Shown piece after piece: positions 59,349-64,000 of a stretch of 64,000 nucleotides of DNA. Where the stretch lies: the NCBI GenBank assembly GCA_043821645.1, contig JBDRCO010000111.1, positions 1 through 64,000 on the forward strand, given 5' to 3'. The notes beneath the pieces are model-generated. The model was not told where the DNA came from. It saw only the letters and a list, made by a program, of their open reading frames with translations, and did no database searches. The translations under genes were made by a program, and so were the position numbers. Each line of letters starts with the position of its first letter. Positions within the stretch are counted from its first letter, which is position 1. This DNA comes from Pseudomonadota bacterium. GTDB taxonomy: Bacteria > Myxococcota > JACRCW01 > JAFGSX01.

Positions 59349-60119
59349 ATGCCGGGGGCCAGTGTCGCTGCGGCGGTGAGGGACACGATGCCCGCCTGGC
59401 CGAGCTGCGCCACCACGTCGTGATCTGCAATCTCAATCCCATGGTGCGGGCCATTGTCGACGAGCTGCTGGATGATCCCCGGCAACGGGTCCCGGCCGTG
59501 GTGCTCCTGGTGCAGGACATGGCGCTCTGGAGCGAGCATCCGGAGTGGCAGCCTGCGCCGCGGCATGGTGATCGCGTGGTCGTCCTGGGCGGCTGCTCCC
59601 TCGAGGAACGCTGCTTTTCCCGCTCCGGCCTCGCACGGTCGCAGGCCGCGCTGATCCTGGCGGATCCGCGGCAGGGCGAGCTTGCCGACGCGCGCTCGAC
59701 GCTGCTCGCCATGGCCATCGAACGGCACAGTCGTGATGTGCACACCGTGGTGGAGCTGCAGTGGTCCGTCAATCGCGCCCATCTCGAGGCGACCGAGGTC
59801 GACGAGGTGGTGTGCATGGGCGACCTGAGCGAGAAGTTGCTGGCACAGTGCTGCATCACCCCGGGAGTGAAGCGCATCTTCGAACGCCTGCTCGGGGGCC
59901 AGGGTTCGAGCACACGCTGGCAGCTCCCCGTCTTGCCTGGGTCCTGTGTGGGCCAGAGCTACAGGCAGGTGGTGCAGCGTTCCATCGCCGAGGGCTGGCC
60001 CTGTGTGCTGTGCGGCTTCGTGCCGCAGCCGCCTGAGGGGGAGGCCCCGCAATTCATCCTGAACCCGCGCCCCCGCGAGGAGCCAGGCAAGGACAGCGTG
60101 CTGCAGGCGAGGGATCGAC

Positions 60120-63392
<3,273 letters not shown>

Positions 63393-63463
63393 TCTGAACT
63401 CCGTGTGCGAGAACTGGCCGCCTCAAGCTACTGCGCACCCGGGCACCGCGCCAGCGGCGGTGC

Positions 63464-64000
63464 CTAGCGACGCTTCTTGCCTTTCTTCCGGGGCGGAGGC
63501 TTCTTCCTCGGCGGCTTTCCCCCGCTCTTGCCGTAGTTCTTGGGGACCTTGAAGCGCCAGGGGGACTGCCAGGTCAGGCGCCACACCGGTCGCTCGACAT
63601 CCGTGGTCTTCATGTAGCGAAGCTCGTCGTCGCTCTCGATGAGCAGCACACCATCGAGGATGGCCAGGATGCGCGCACTCGCCCCCAGATCGTCGTCTAC
63701 GTGAAGGGCGTAGACCCCTGACGGGCAGTCCACATCGACGACGTCACTGTCAAGCTGCACCAGGGCCACGGCGGGGCAGGCACCGTCGACGCGCGTCTCG
63801 AGTAGGCTGAGACTGCGGTACAGGATGGGGGCGGGCTGGTACCAGTCCGTCGAGTGCAGCAGGTCGATGCAGTACTCGCCCACCTCGATGCCCTCGATCA
63901 CCTGGCGTCGGTAGGTTCTGTTGACTCCGCGATCGTGCTCTTCGCCGAAGACCGCTGAACAGTGGGCAGCAGGCAGCACGTCGGCACCCAGACCGCAGTT
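63464..64000 (-). CDS. Hypothetical protein, 3' part; frame open to the right edge
   Basis: No in-frame stop between 63979 and 64000; Lys/Pro-rich C-terminus. Confidence 0.55.
   Translation of the reverse strand, partial: NCGLGADVLPAAHCSAVFGEEHDRGVNRTYRRQVIEGIEVGEYCIDLLHSTDWYQPAPILYRSLSLLETRVDGACPAVALVQLDSDVVDVDCPSGVYALHVDDDLGASARILAILDGVLLIESDDELRYMKTTDVERPVWRLTWQSPWRFKVPKNYGKSGGKPPRKKPPPRKKGKKRR

Noticed and set aside
59349-59423. ATG directly after the channel stop as the start of the RCK gene
   Set aside because: It is out of frame with the RCK sequence and closes after 24 codons; GTG 59318 with a GGAGG RBS fits better.

Overview
High-GC bacterial DNA with a Myxococcota/deltaproteobacterial character: Cys-rich lipoproteins, PEGA proteins, a Hanks-type kinase and cytochrome c3. 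I found no rRNA, tRNA, CRISPR, transposase or phage genes. From left to right the window holds: (1) a tetraheme cytochrome c3 with a probable sigma54 promoter, followed by an 89-bp-period REP-like array and a terminator; (2) GNAT, MFS, adk and lnt genes; (3) a convergent two-operon locus (8.7-19.1 kb) combining a complete GDP-D-glycero-alpha-D-manno-heptose pathway (GmhA, HddA, HddC-GmhB fusion) with a polyprenol-phosphate-type GT2, two GT-C-like membrane proteins, a CBM-like protein and a Cys-rich lipoprotein; (4) a PEGA / Kelch / Ser-Thr kinase module beside two paralogous ~1200-aa Cys-rich, beta-helix, Gly-rich lipoproteins and further mosaic lipoproteins; (5) a MacAB-TolC-like exporter with an OmpR-type two-component system sharing a 17-bp upstream box; (6) a patch of phospholipase D remnants; (7) tex, a diguanylate cyclase, a 6TM channel with a non-canonical filter plus a separate RCK gene, and a TreS-maltokinase fusion. 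The best candidates for an undescribed system are the lipid-linked heptose glycosylation locus and the kinase/PEGA plus twin giant surface lipoprotein locus. All domain calls come from motif recognition by eye; no searches were run.
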